Notes: generated by a model from the sequence alone, not told the origin. DNA of 64,000 bases from an uncultured bacterium (GCA_963713855.1 OY970209.1:992001-1056000), one strand, 5' to 3'; counted from the first letter of the stretch, positions 28,231 to 37,569 are shown. Made by a program: numbers and translations.

Positions 28231-28563
28231 ATGGAGCAATTGGGTGTCCTTGAAAAGAAGCTGATGTTGCTGATTGAGAGTAAGAAGCAAGATGTGCAAC
28301 GGATCGCGGACCTTGCTTCTGAGGTAGATCAACTCAAAGAAGAGAAAGTAGTGTTAAGCGATCAATTTGCGCAAGAGAAGGAAATGGTTCTTCATTTTCA
28401 AGAGGAAAACACGTCCTTGCGCTCGCAGATTGAAAAACTCGAAGATACTTTGCTTGTTCGCCATCAAAATGTGGAAGGCCTCAATCAAGAGCGTGAGCTT
28501 ACTAAAATGGCAGTGGATGATCTTATTAAGAGTATTGACGTCTTGTTTGAAGCTGAGCAGTAG
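28231..28563 (+). CDS. Coiled-coil protein, ZapB-like
   Basis: Entirely heptad coiled coil; immediately upstream of zapA. Confidence 0.65.
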   Translation: MEQLGVLEKKLMLLIESKKQDVQRIADLASEVDQLKEEKVVLSDQFAQEKEMVLHFQEENTSLRSQIEKLEDTLLVRHQNVEGLNQERELTKMAVDDLIKSIDVLFEAEQ

Positions 28564-28565
28564 CG

Positions 28566-28847
28566 ATGAATACGATGAAAAAATACAAGGTTTCGATTTT
28601 TGGAGAATCGTATACTCTTGTAAGCGATGAACCTGAAGAGCTTCTTACTGAGTCTGCAAAACACATTGATGAGCTTATGAGGCACTTGGCGGAAAAATCG
28701 GGGTTATCAGAGACGAAGCGTATTGCAGTACTCGCTTCATTACATGTCGCTACGAAGCTAAAACAACAAGAAGTTGAGCTTGAGCGCTTTGCCATTAAGG
28801 AGCTTGAACTTGCGCAGCGTATAGATAGCGAGCTTCTATCTTCTTGA
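28566..28847 (+). CDS. zapA: Cell division protein ZapA
   Basis: KVSIFGESYTL, AKHIDELMR, RIAVLASL; synteny with rny. Confidence 0.85.
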   Translation: MNTMKKYKVSIFGESYTLVSDEPEELLTESAKHIDELMRHLAEKSGLSETKRIAVLASLHVATKLKQQEVELERFAIKELELAQRIDSELLSS

Positions 28848-28952
28848 ATATAAAAAGTGCTGCAGGGATGTAGACTTGTGGCACTCATTTTCCTTACGCG
28901 GGCATCCATAGGGACCAACTGGGAGAATTGCAACGATGAAAGGAAATGCTGT

Positions 28953-30512
28953 ATGTTCGCAGCACTTATCCCTACGGTGGGTGCTCTACTACTCACCATT
29001 GGTAGTTTGTTACTTTTACTAGCAAAGAAGAAATTTGATCGTGCTCGTCAACTATTGCTTGAAGCGCAAAACAAGCATGAAGAAGTAAAAAAGGAAGTTG
29101 AGACCGAGCGTCGAGAAGCATCTTTAAAATTAAAAGACGAGCTTTATAAAAAGCGCAGCGAGTTTGAACTTGAGATAAAGAGAGAGCGTGTTGAGCTTGA
29201 GCGGTTCCAAACAAAATTGAACGTAAAATACGAAACAATCGAAAAAAAAGAGCAGAGACTAGAAGAAACGCAGAGAGAATCTCAGCAAAAAGAGCGGTCG
29301 CTGTCCCGATTGAGCGATCAGCTGCGTATCCACGAGCAAAAATTAAAGCAGCTCTATGAAGATTTAATTACTAAGCTTGAGCACGTTGCTGGCATGACCC
29401 GAGATGAAGCGCGTCAAACGCTTTTTGAAACACTCCAAGCCGAAGTCAAGCATACCCAAGAAAAATGGATACAAAAGGTCGAGGAAGAATCAAAGGCCGT
29501 GGCTAAAGAAAAAGCTGTCGACGCTGTCGTTACGGCTATGCAGCGATACGTGGCGGATCAAGTTTCTGCACATTCCTCCTGTGTGGTCCATCTTCCCAAC
29601 GAGGAAATGAAAGGACGTGTCATTGGCAAGGAAGGGCGTAATATTAAGGCTCTTGAAATGGCTACTGGCATGGAATTTGTCATTGGGGATACTCCAGAAG
29701 TTATAACAATATCCGGTTTTAATCCTATTCGACGGGAAGTTGCCCGGCGCTCGCTTGAGCGTCTCATTACTGATGGCCGTATTAATCCTACGCGTATTGA
29801 GGAAACAGTTACTCAATGCGAAAAAGACATCGAAGAGATGATTGAGGAGTATGGTAAAAAAACCATTTTGCAGTTCAACCTCCAGGGAATTAAACAGGAA
29901 ATGGTTTCGTTACTGGGCCGGCTTCACTTTAGAACGAGTTATTCTCAAAATGTGCTTACGCACAGTGTCGAGGTTGGCCTTTTTGCGCGTGTTTTGGCCG
30001 AAGAATTGGGCCTCCCAAATCCGGAGCTTGCTTTAAGGGGTGGCTTACTCCATGACATTGGTAAAGCTTTATCGGCTGAGCATGACGGTCCTCATGCGCT
30101 TCTTGGTGCAGAGGTGGCAAAAAGGTGCGGTGAAGATCCACTTGTTGTCAATGCAATAGGTGCTCACCATGAAGAGATTTCTTTTGCTTCTATCTATAGC
30201 CCTCTTGTAATGATAGCTGATACTATTTCAGCCTCTCGCCCTGGTGCACGCCGTGAAACGCTTACTGCGTACGTAAAGCGCCTTGAAAAGCTTGAAGATT
30301 TAGCGGCCCATTTTGTTGGTGTCAAAAAAGCATATGCGCTGCAGGCTGGGCGAGAAATTCGTGTTATTGTTGAGGAGGATATGCTCGATGATGACAAGGC
30401 GCTCGTTTTAGCTCGTACACTTGCAGAGCGGATCTCTCGAGAAATGACCTTTCCTGGGCAAATTAAAGTAAACGTAATACGCGAAAAGCGCGCTATAGAG
30501 TACGCAAGATAA
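28953..30512 (+). CDS. rny: Ribonuclease Y
   Basis: Start MFAALIP at 28953 (AAAGGAAA upstream) gives 519 aa: TM, coiled coil, KH (MKGRVIGKEGRNI), HD (LLHDIGK), SASRPGAR, AYALQAGRE. Confidence 0.96.
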   Translation: MFAALIPTVGALLLTIGSLLLLLAKKKFDRARQLLLEAQNKHEEVKKEVETERREASLKLKDELYKKRSEFELEIKRERVELERFQTKLNVKYETIEKKEQRLEETQRESQQKERSLSRLSDQLRIHEQKLKQLYEDLITKLEHVAGMTRDEARQTLFETLQAEVKHTQEKWIQKVEEESKAVAKEKAVDAVVTAMQRYVADQVSAHSSCVVHLPNEEMKGRVIGKEGRNIKALEMATGMEFVIGDTPEVITISGFNPIRREVARRSLERLITDGRINPTRIEETVTQCEKDIEEMIEEYGKKTILQFNLQGIKQEMVSLLGRLHFRTSYSQNVLTHSVEVGLFARVLAEELGLPNPELALRGGLLHDIGKALSAEHDGPHALLGAEVAKRCGEDPLVVNAIGAHHEEISFASIYSPLVMIADTISASRPGARRETLTAYVKRLEKLEDLAAHFVGVKKAYALQAGREIRVIVEEDMLDDDKALVLARTLAERISREMTFPGQIKVNVIREKRAIEYAR

Positions 30513-30516
30513 CTAT

Positions 30517-31308
30517 ATGAATAATCTTCGAGTTTTAATAATTGGTGACGTAGTCGGTAATCCTGGTCAGTCAATTCTGCAAAAATCATTACCAGCTCTC
30601 AAAGATTCCCTCAAATACGATGCTCTTATTGTAAATGGTGAAAACAGCGCTGACGGCAAAGGTATTACGTCACACATAATGCACTTTTTTAAAAGTCTCG
30701 GTGTACATATGGTTACTTCTGGAAACCATATATGGCAAAAAAGAGAAATTTGTTCCTACTTTAGCGAGTATCAGGACCTTTTAAGGCCAGTGAACTTTCC
30801 GAGCGGCTGCCCAGGCAGCGGCATAGGCCTTTTTACCGTGCAGGGAACTACCGTAGGCGTTATCAACGTTCAGGGGCGAGCATTTATGCGCGAATTTGTT
30901 GGTTGCCCCATCCGTGCAGTAGAATCGGCGCTAACGTTTTTAAAAACCCGCACAAAAATTGTCATTGTTGACATGCATGCCGAAACGACATCCGAAAAAG
31001 TTGCTTTAGGCCTCTATTTTGATGGCCAGGTAAGCGCAGTTGTTGGCACGCATACCCACGTGCAAACTGCCGATGAAAGAATTTTGCCTCAAGGTACCGC
31101 CTATATTACCGATCTTGGAATGTGCGGTGCTCTTAACTCAGTTATCGGAGTCAAAAAAGACGCAATCATTTACAACATGCTCACTCAAATGCCGACACGC
31201 TTCGATATAGAGACCACACCCCCGCTCATCCTTTCTGGGGTATGGATAGACATCGACAAGGCTTCAGGTAAGGCCGTCGATATCGGTCGAGTTCGTGTCA
31301 TAGAATAA
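30517..31308 (+). CDS. ymdB: YmdB/TIGR00282-type metallophosphoesterase
   Basis: GDVVG, NGEN, TSGNH, DMHAETTSEK, GTHTHVQTAD, TDLGMCG. Confidence 0.92.
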   Translation: MNNLRVLIIGDVVGNPGQSILQKSLPALKDSLKYDALIVNGENSADGKGITSHIMHFFKSLGVHMVTSGNHIWQKREICSYFSEYQDLLRPVNFPSGCPGSGIGLFTVQGTTVGVINVQGRAFMREFVGCPIRAVESALTFLKTRTKIVIVDMHAETTSEKVALGLYFDGQVSAVVGTHTHVQTADERILPQGTAYITDLGMCGALNSVIGVKKDAIIYNMLTQMPTRFDIETTPPLILSGVWIDIDKASGKAVDIGRVRVIE

Positions 31309-31463
31309 GTTGTCCTAGCGCTTTCTCTTACCGTTTCTCTCATAAAAAAGTACCTAAAATTATTGCATTTTATAATTGCACTTTTGTATTATTGTAGTGT
31401 ATTAAAGTGAAGAAATGCATAATTTTTTTACACAAATTGTTTCAATCTTATAGGAGATTTACT

Positions 31464-31664
31464 ATGGCAGATACTAACAATCGCGGTATGAAGGGTCATC
31501 CTTCTGAAGCTGAAAAAACGCATGGTACTCAAATGGGTACAGAGCATAGATCAGAAAAAGGCGCAAGTTCAACTGGTGATATGGGTGCTGGAAAGACTAC
31601 AACTCGCCAGATGCCTTCGGATGTCTCTGCTGGCGCCAAAGACGCAGGTCACAAAGAAAAGTAA
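31464..31664 (+). CDS. Small hydrophilic, probably disordered protein (66 aa)
   Basis: TAGGAG RBS before MADTNNRG at 31464; Gly/Thr/Lys-rich with no hydrophobic core. Confidence 0.75.
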   Translation: MADTNNRGMKGHPSEAEKTHGTQMGTEHRSEKGASSTGDMGAGKTTTRQMPSDVSAGAKDAGHKEK

Positions 31665-31694
31665 AAAGCTTTTATCTACTTATTAGGAGAAGCG

Positions 31695-31823
31695 ATGGCT
31701 AAACGTAATAAGCAAAAAAAGGCAGCACAGCAAGCTAATGCGATGCCTCAACAAGGCCAGCAAGCAAAGCAAGCTGCACCTCAGAGTCAAACAAGTCCAC
31801 AAGGACAGAAACAAGGAAAGTAG
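31695..31823 (+). CDS. 42 aa Gln/Lys/Ala-rich peptide
   Basis: Not in the ORF track; TAGGAG RBS; MAKRNKQKKAAQQANAMPQQGQQAKQAAPQSQTSPQGQKQGK*. Confidence 0.7.
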   Translation: MAKRNKQKKAAQQANAMPQQGQQAKQAAPQSQTSPQGQKQGK

Positions 31824-31832
31824 GAGTTAGTT

Positions 31833-31988
31833 ATGAACAAGAGAACATTAGCAATATTTGCATTATTATTAGGTTCAAGTGCAGCTTTAGCCCCGGCATT
31901 GCATAGATGGGGATACGGTTGGGGAAATGGTTGTTGCGATCGTTGCGCTAGCTGCGATGGTTACTCTCGCGGATGGGGCTGGTGGTAA
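31833..31988 (+). CDS. 51 aa secreted Trp/Gly/Cys-rich peptide
   Basis: Not in the ORF track; TAGGAG RBS overlapping the previous stop; MNKRTLAIFALLLGSSAALA-PALHRWGYGWGNGCCDRCASCDGYSRGWGWW*. Confidence 0.75.
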   Translation: MNKRTLAIFALLLGSSAALAPALHRWGYGWGNGCCDRCASCDGYSRGWGWW

Positions 31989-32003
31989 TAACACCATAAC
32001 CTT

Positions 32004-32033
32004 GAATGGGGGCTCTTATCGAGCCCTTCATTC
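32004..32033. terminator. Hairpin between the convergent small-ORF operon and the SOD gene
   Basis: GAATGGGGGCTC-TTATC-GAGCCCTTCATTC. Confidence 0.6.
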
Positions 32034-32036
32034 CTT

Positions 32037-32717
32037 CTATTTTTTGACGCATTCATTAAACATTTTTTCAACTTCAGACCAGTTGACAACATTCCACCAG
32101 TTATCTAAATACTCATTTCTTTTGTTCGTGTATTTAAGATAATACGCATGTTCCCAAACATCTGTGCCTAAAATAGGATTAAGGCCGTTAGTTATAGGGC
32201 TGTCTTGGTTAGGTGTTGTTACGATAACCAAATTTCCTTGTGAATCTAATGCAAGCCACGCCCAGCCACTTCCAAATACTTTAAGCGCTGCTTCTAAAAA
32301 TTGATTTTTAAATTCTTGTAAGCTTCCAAATCTCTGCGAAATCTCGGCAAGGAGTTTTCCGGTAGGCTGTGTTTTTCGAGGAGTCATCCATTTCCAAAAG
32401 AGGGAGTGATTTAAGTGGCCGCCTCCGTTATTTCGTACAGTATTTCGTATATCTGCCGGCAATGTGGGCCACATTTTTACAAGTTCCTCAACACTTTTAT
32501 TATAAAGTTCAGGGTGCTTTGCAATTGCCGCATTAAGTTCGCTTACATATTTTGCGTGGTGCTTGTCGTGGTGAATTTCCATTGTTTTAGCGTCAATAAA
32601 AGGCTCAAGGGCATTAAAGGCGTAGGGTAAAGGTGGAACGGTAAAGGGTACAAATGTAGTCTGAGCGCATTGAGCGAGTGCTGATGTAAAAAGGTATAAA
32701 ATAAGGTATTTCTTCAT
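32037..32717 (-). CDS. sodA: Fe/Mn superoxide dismutase (Mn-type signature) with N-terminal signal peptide
   Basis: LPYAFNALEP, HHDKHH, NNGGGHLNH, FGSGWAWL, NQD, DVWEHAYY. Confidence 0.9.
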   Translation of the reverse strand: MKKYLILYLFTSALAQCAQTTFVPFTVPPLPYAFNALEPFIDAKTMEIHHDKHHAKYVSELNAAIAKHPELYNKSVEELVKMWPTLPADIRNTVRNNGGGHLNHSLFWKWMTPRKTQPTGKLLAEISQRFGSLQEFKNQFLEAALKVFGSGWAWLALDSQGNLVIVTTPNQDSPITNGLNPILGTDVWEHAYYLKYTNKRNEYLDNWWNVVNWSEVEKMFNECVKK

Positions 32718-32784
32718 GGCTTGTTCTCCTTAGTATTGGTCAAGTATAGCACGCAGCATGGGTAAGGAAAACTGTCTAAGGACA

Positions 32785-32823
32785 AAAGCTAGGGGGTAAC
32801 ATGCAAAAAACCCCCTGAGCTTT
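32785..32823 (-). terminator. Putative intrinsic terminator
   Basis: AGGGGGT/ACCCCCT stem extended by AAAGCT/AGCTTT, right after the stop at 32829. Confidence 0.55.
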
Positions 32824-32828
32824 AGTTT

Positions 32829-33050
32829 TTAGACTGAAGATTTCGTGTGATAGGTGCTACGTCCACCCGGTACTGGGAAGGTAGCAAGGCTTCGTAAACC
32901 ATATCTTTCGATATGACTCATTAAGTCTCCCCCAGCAACTTCCCTAAAGTGCTTACCGTTCTGATCACGATATGCGCTGTCGCTTGCAGCTTGTAAGCTT
33001 GCAGCAACGAGTGCCATTCCTAAGAAGGCAAATAAACCATAACTTTTCAT
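32829..33050 (-). CDS. Small secreted protein (73 aa)
   Basis: AAGGAG RBS before MKSYGLFAFLGMALVAASLQA at 33050. Confidence 0.75.
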   Translation of the reverse strand: MKSYGLFAFLGMALVAASLQAASDSAYRDQNGKHFREVAGGDLMSHIERYGLRSLATFPVPGGRSTYHTKSSV

Positions 33051-33311
33051 GGTTTTCTCCTTTGTTAAACGTCTGTCTGTCATTACCTCTGCGCCTACTA
33101 AAGTACGCGTCCTTCAGCAAACACAATTCTATAATAAACAATAAGTTTACCAAATTTCAAATGTTTAGTTTTTATTATGAAATATTAAAGCATTTAAGCC
33201 ACTTTTTATCATTTTTTGCCTTCGATTGTCAGGGTAGCCTGTTTTATTGATTTTGGGGATGCGCGGTCTTTATACTGAGCTAACCCATTATAAAAATATA
33301 AGGAAGCAGCT

Positions 33312-33497
33312 ATGACAAAATCCCGTAGGAATCGCCAAAAAAAGATGACCAGTCTTCTACGGATTCGAGCTAATCGCGCGAAACATAAAGAAGATAGCCG
33401 AAAACCTCATCATGGTCATCATAGCGATAGGCCAGACAATTACCGCGCCGATAAGCCCGACTTTCCAAGCAACCGTACTAGGCGCAAATCCCCATAA
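33312..33497 (+). CDS. Small highly basic Arg/Lys/His-rich protein
   Basis: AAGGAAG RBS; 61 aa; no hydrophobic core. Confidence 0.7.
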   Translation: MTKSRRNRQKKMTSLLRIRANRAKHKEDSRKPHHGHHSDRPDNYRADKPDFPSNRTRRKSP

Positions 33498-33576
33498 ACA
33501 TTATGCTTGTTTGAATTGAGCTCGCCTTTTTTCCCCCTTTGTTTATACTAACAATAGCAAAAACAATAAAGGGGAG

Positions 33577-34503
33577 GTGCTCATGCTACTCATTGTTCTT
33601 CTGTACGCGCTTCTCGCTTTAACTTTTACGCTTGGAAAAGCCGCTGTTTCGTATGCGAGCCCTCTTTTTTTGGTTGGTGTACGTATGGTGGTTGCTGGAA
33701 TACTCCTCCTGGGGCTCTATCGTTTTAAACGCCCATTTCCACGTTTTTCTCAACAAGATGTGCTTGATTTACTGAATGTTACTCTTTTTCATATCTATCT
33801 TTCCTTTGTGCCAGAATTTTGGGCTTTGCAATTTGTGTCCTCGGTGAAAGTGAACATAATGTATTCAACAACCCCTTTTATTACGATGCTGCTTTCATAC
33901 CTCATCTACAAAGAAAAGATTACGCGGCTTCAGGGCCTTGGAGCATTGGTCGCATTCATCGGTTTGATGCCGCTCATGGCTCGTCAGCAAGACGCATTAT
34001 GCTTTAAGGACCTATTTGCCATCTCAATACCCGAATTAACACTTCTTTTCTCGATTGCTTCGGGTGCCTACGCTTGGTTTATAGTCAAAAAGCTCATGAA
34101 CAGGGGTTATTCTCTCCTCATTATCAACGGTATTTCGATGCTCTTGGGGGGTATTGCAAGCTTTCTTACATGGTATGTACTAAGACCAGAGGGGGTACCG
34201 CCGGTTACTAACGTCAAAGGCTTTATAATCACTGTTTCAAGCCTTATTCTTCTTGCAAATATAGTAGTCTATAACCTTTACGGCTGGCTTTTAAGACATT
34301 ATTCTCTCAACGTTGTTTCTTGTGCAGGCTTTATGTCTCCACTATTTGGTGCCTTCTACGGTTACGTCTTTTTGGGCGAGCAATTAGGTTGGCAGCATTA
34401 TGTTGCCATAGTCTCTATTGCGCTTGGCCTTTACCTCTTTTTTTACGAGACCTTAGCTTTAAAAAAGCATCAGACACGTACACAACCGCTCGAGACAGCG
34501 TGA
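33577..34503 (+). CDS. EamA/DMT family transporter
   Basis: About ten TM segments; PLFLVGVRMVVAG, STTPFIT..LSYLIYKEK, SPLFGAFYGYVFLGE. Confidence 0.88.
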   Translation: MLMLLIVLLYALLALTFTLGKAAVSYASPLFLVGVRMVVAGILLLGLYRFKRPFPRFSQQDVLDLLNVTLFHIYLSFVPEFWALQFVSSVKVNIMYSTTPFITMLLSYLIYKEKITRLQGLGALVAFIGLMPLMARQQDALCFKDLFAISIPELTLLFSIASGAYAWFIVKKLMNRGYSLLIINGISMLLGGIASFLTWYVLRPEGVPPVTNVKGFIITVSSLILLANIVVYNLYGWLLRHYSLNVVSCAGFMSPLFGAFYGYVFLGEQLGWQHYVAIVSIALGLYLFFYETLALKKHQTRTQPLETA

Positions 34504-34585
34504 AAATATGGTATACTACTCATTCTTGACGTCTTGTGTGCTTTTTACGGTACACTAAAAAAACCTTTTTACAGAATGTAGCTCT

Positions 34586-35878
34586 ATGACGCAACAGTAT
34601 ACACTTTCTCTTCCGGCAGCAGTCATGGTCAATCTCAATATCATGGTTGGCGCTGGCATTTTTGTAAATACCGTGCTTTTAGCGCAACGTGCTGGTGCTT
34701 TTGGGGGTGTTGCGTATCTTCTCATAGCATTTCTTCTTTTACCTCTCATTGTTACGTTTGCTCACCTACTGCGCGAATGCCCGGGGGGCACTTTTTACGA
34801 TTTTGGTGCTCTAACGCACCCATTGGCCGGCTTTATTGCAGGCTGGAGCTACTTTGTTGCAAAACTTGCATCAGCTGCCCTTGGAATTCATGTGTTTTCG
34901 ACGCTTATTCTGCAGCTTTTTTCCTTTAGTACGATACCTATTCTCGCACTTGATACATGCATGGTGATTGCTTTTACCGGGCTTAACATGCTTAACCTGC
35001 GGATAGGCCGTTCCATTCAATTTGTTTTTCTCGCGTTAAAGCTTATACCTATTCTTTTTGCCATCATGGCAGGCATGCTTTTGTTTTCACCCACTTCTTT
35101 TACCGGAAGTACGTTCAACGTAAAAAGCGTTTTTGTAAGCTTGCCTTTCGTGCTTTATGCATTCACTGGCTTTGAGGCATGCTGTTCTTTAAGTAGAACG
35201 ATCTTCAATCCTGAAAAAAATGGTCCCCGAGCGCTTCTTATTTCCTACTCTATAGGAGTGTTGATTGCAGTTGCGTATCAAACGTTCTTCTGGAGCGCTT
35301 TGGGCTCTAATCTTGCTTTATTAAATTCTTACGATCAAGCATTTCCTGCCCTATTGCCGCGCGTTTTTGTCGTCGGAACGCTTCTTTACACCATTTTTTT
35401 CTTTTTGGTAAATTCCGGTATGGCAACCTCTTCCCTAGGTGCTGGTTATGGGATCATGTACAGTAACACATGGAACCTTTTTGTGCTTGCTCAGAAAAAT
35501 CTCGTCTTTTTTTCACCTTTAATTGAGCGACTTAACCGCTATAAAGCGCCGTACATTTGCGCGCTTATAGAAGGTATTATTGTGCTTATCTACTTGCTTC
35601 TTTTTAAAGGGTCGCTTGTACCGTTGCAGCAACTCTGTGCACTGGGCATGATCATAACGTACACCATTAGTACGCTCTCATTTGCCGTGTGGTGGTACGT
35701 TCAAAAAAAACGTGTTCACTACACAGCGGTTATGGCACTTTTGAGTTGTGCTGTTCTTACCGTCGGATACTATACCAATATCCAAAAATATGGCGTATGG
35801 CCAACTTTGTGCTTTGTCATAGTGTTATTGGTAGGGCTATGTATCTTCTTAATAAAATATACCAAAAGCAAGAATTAG
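34586..35878 (+). CDS. APC family amino acid permease
   Basis: NIMVGAGIF, PGG, GFIAGW, YAFTGFE, NPEKNGPRA; about twelve TM segments. Confidence 0.88.
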   Translation: MTQQYTLSLPAAVMVNLNIMVGAGIFVNTVLLAQRAGAFGGVAYLLIAFLLLPLIVTFAHLLRECPGGTFYDFGALTHPLAGFIAGWSYFVAKLASAALGIHVFSTLILQLFSFSTIPILALDTCMVIAFTGLNMLNLRIGRSIQFVFLALKLIPILFAIMAGMLLFSPTSFTGSTFNVKSVFVSLPFVLYAFTGFEACCSLSRTIFNPEKNGPRALLISYSIGVLIAVAYQTFFWSALGSNLALLNSYDQAFPALLPRVFVVGTLLYTIFFFLVNSGMATSSLGAGYGIMYSNTWNLFVLAQKNLVFFSPLIERLNRYKAPYICALIEGIIVLIYLLLFKGSLVPLQQLCALGMIITYTISTLSFAVWWYVQKKRVHYTAVMALLSCAVLTVGYYTNIQKYGVWPTLCFVIVLLVGLCIFLIKYTKSKN

Positions 35879-36042
35879 TTAGGTTCTAGAAAGTTTTTTT
35901 GATTCTGGCCAGATCTAGAGAAACGTTGACTTTTGTTCAAAAAGCTATAATTATTTTGAATATTTGTATTTTTTAAGAAGGATATGGCCGTGAAAAAATT
36001 GATTATAGTAACGCTATTTCTGGTAGCTGCTTTCTTTATGCT

Positions 36043-36657
36043 TTAGATAGTGAATTCTCTAAATGAGCCCGTTGGTACTCTGCAAGAATGACCAGTTATT
36101 AATCTACAAAGAACTTTTACATTGGAATCATGCGTAACGACTATAACAGTCCCGTTTTTGTATGTTTTGGTTAGATAATTATAAAAAGCTGTTACTCTTT
36201 TTCTAACCTCATCTTGCGTTTCTCCGCCGTGCTCTTGCATTCTGCGGTCGGAAATGGGGTAAAACGCCTGTCCCTCAAGGTCTCCCGCCTGTCTTTCAGT
36301 AATTCTGTTGTCAATTATTAATTGTTCTTTAATGTCTAATTTTTGGATGAGTATCCGAGCAGTTTGTAGGCATCGCGGTAGGGGAGAGGCAAAAACTGCC
36401 TTTACTGACGACGGAACAATGCCTTCCTCTTCTAATTGTTGAGCCATTTGAATAGCCTGCTGCCGTCCTTTTGGTGTCAAATTCGAGACGACATAGTTTG
36501 GGTGTTTAGGATTTGCATTTCGCGTGTCATCAACGTTGTGTTGTGCCTCACCATGGCGTACAACGATAAGTTTGAGTTCCGCGCTAAGGTTGCTTGTAAT
36601 TGCTGTCATTAAAAGTGCCATTATAGCGGTATACCTTTGCTTCATTTTTAATGTCAT
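36043..36657 (-). CDS. Histidine phosphatase family protein with signal peptide
   Basis: VVRHGEA, ASPLPRCLQTA, GET, VVTHD; likely start at 36657 after AAGGAG. Confidence 0.85.
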   Translation of the reverse strand: MTLKMKQRYTAIMALLMTAITSNLSAELKLIVVRHGEAQHNVDDTRNANPKHPNYVVSNLTPKGRQQAIQMAQQLEEEGIVPSSVKAVFASPLPRCLQTARILIQKLDIKEQLIIDNRITERQAGDLEGQAFYPISDRRMQEHGGETQDEVRKRVTAFYNYLTKTYKNGTVIVVTHDSNVKVLCRLITGHSCRVPTGSFREFTI

Positions 36658-36872
36658 TAGCTTGATCTCCTTAAAAAAAGGGGAGAGTAGAAAATAGTGT
36701 TCTTTAAGCATATTCCTATGAAATTGTAACAAATATCAGCGCCAGAATTCAATATTTTTTTGTAGAACTGGATTTATTAAATAAATTGTAGATATATTAA
36801 AAAACATTTGAATGTTAAGTGAATAACAAAGAGCGACTCGAAAATAGTTACGTATATAGCACTACCTAAAAA

Positions 36873-37211
36873 CTATTTATGGGGTAATGTCGAAATTTCT
36901 TTGTTCAAGAAATACGTTAAAACGGTACGTATAATAACGAGTATCGAAAGAAGCCCGATTTGATAGTAGTCCGGGGTGATAATGGTCTTTATAATATCGC
37001 CTGCAACGAAAAATTCGAGAGCCAGAGCAATACTTCTACCTAGCTCCCAACGTATATAGTCAATTGAGATTCCATGGGCAGATTGAAGCTTTCTATGAAG
37101 CGAATAAAAGAGCGTGTAGAGCGTTCCAAGTAGAAGCGCTATAACGCCAGCGAGCTCAAAACCCATCGCAATAAAATCGAGGACTCCAATAAGGTACGTC
37201 TTTGCAAGCAT
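36873..37211 (-). CDS. DUF1622-type membrane protein
   Basis: RWELGRSIALALEFFVAGDIIKT, LVIIRTVLTYFLNKE. Confidence 0.82.
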   Translation of the reverse strand: MLAKTYLIGVLDFIAMGFELAGVIALLLGTLYTLFYSLHRKLQSAHGISIDYIRWELGRSIALALEFFVAGDIIKTIITPDYYQIGLLSILVIIRTVLTYFLNKEISTLPHK

Positions 37212-37212
37212 T

Positions 37213-37569
37213 TTATGAGCGTTTTTGTTTACTTATAAGCTCTATAAGCTCCAAGGCTGCTTTTTCTATGTCTTTATGGCCTTTTCTTGCGGCTTCAGAC
37301 GCTGCTAGCTTTAGTGCACTTATGTGAACGATGCCCAGATTACCGTGTGGGTACATATATTTGTTTTTATCGTTTTTAATATAGTCGGTATCTATGCCTA
37401 AAAACCAGAGTCCATATTCAGGTAAGTAGTGATTTTCAATGAACTTATCGATTTCGTCATCCGTTGGCTTGTGTCCTTGCCAGTTACCACTCTCATGGTC
37501 AACTTCAAGCCCGCCTTCAATAAGTTCTTTTGCGTGTTCGTATCCAGCTTTATGTAACTTAATTGCCAT
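37213..37569 (-). CDS. Hypothetical protein
   Basis: AAGGAG RBS; 118 aa ORF in a co-oriented cluster. Confidence 0.75.
   Translation of the reverse strand: MAIKLHKAGYEHAKELIEGGLEVDHESGNWQGHKPTDDEIDKFIENHYLPEYGLWFLGIDTDYIKNDKNKYMYPHGNLGIVHISALKLAASEAARKGHKDIEKAALELIELISKQKRS

Noticed and set aside
28857..28952. N-terminal extension of RNase Y given by the ORF track
   Set aside because: ATG at 28953 has an RBS and starts directly at the TM helix, giving a typical length.
31927..32142. 71 aa plus-strand ORF in the track
   Set aside because: Overlaps the RBS-supported 51 aa peptide in another frame, the hairpin and the SOD gene.
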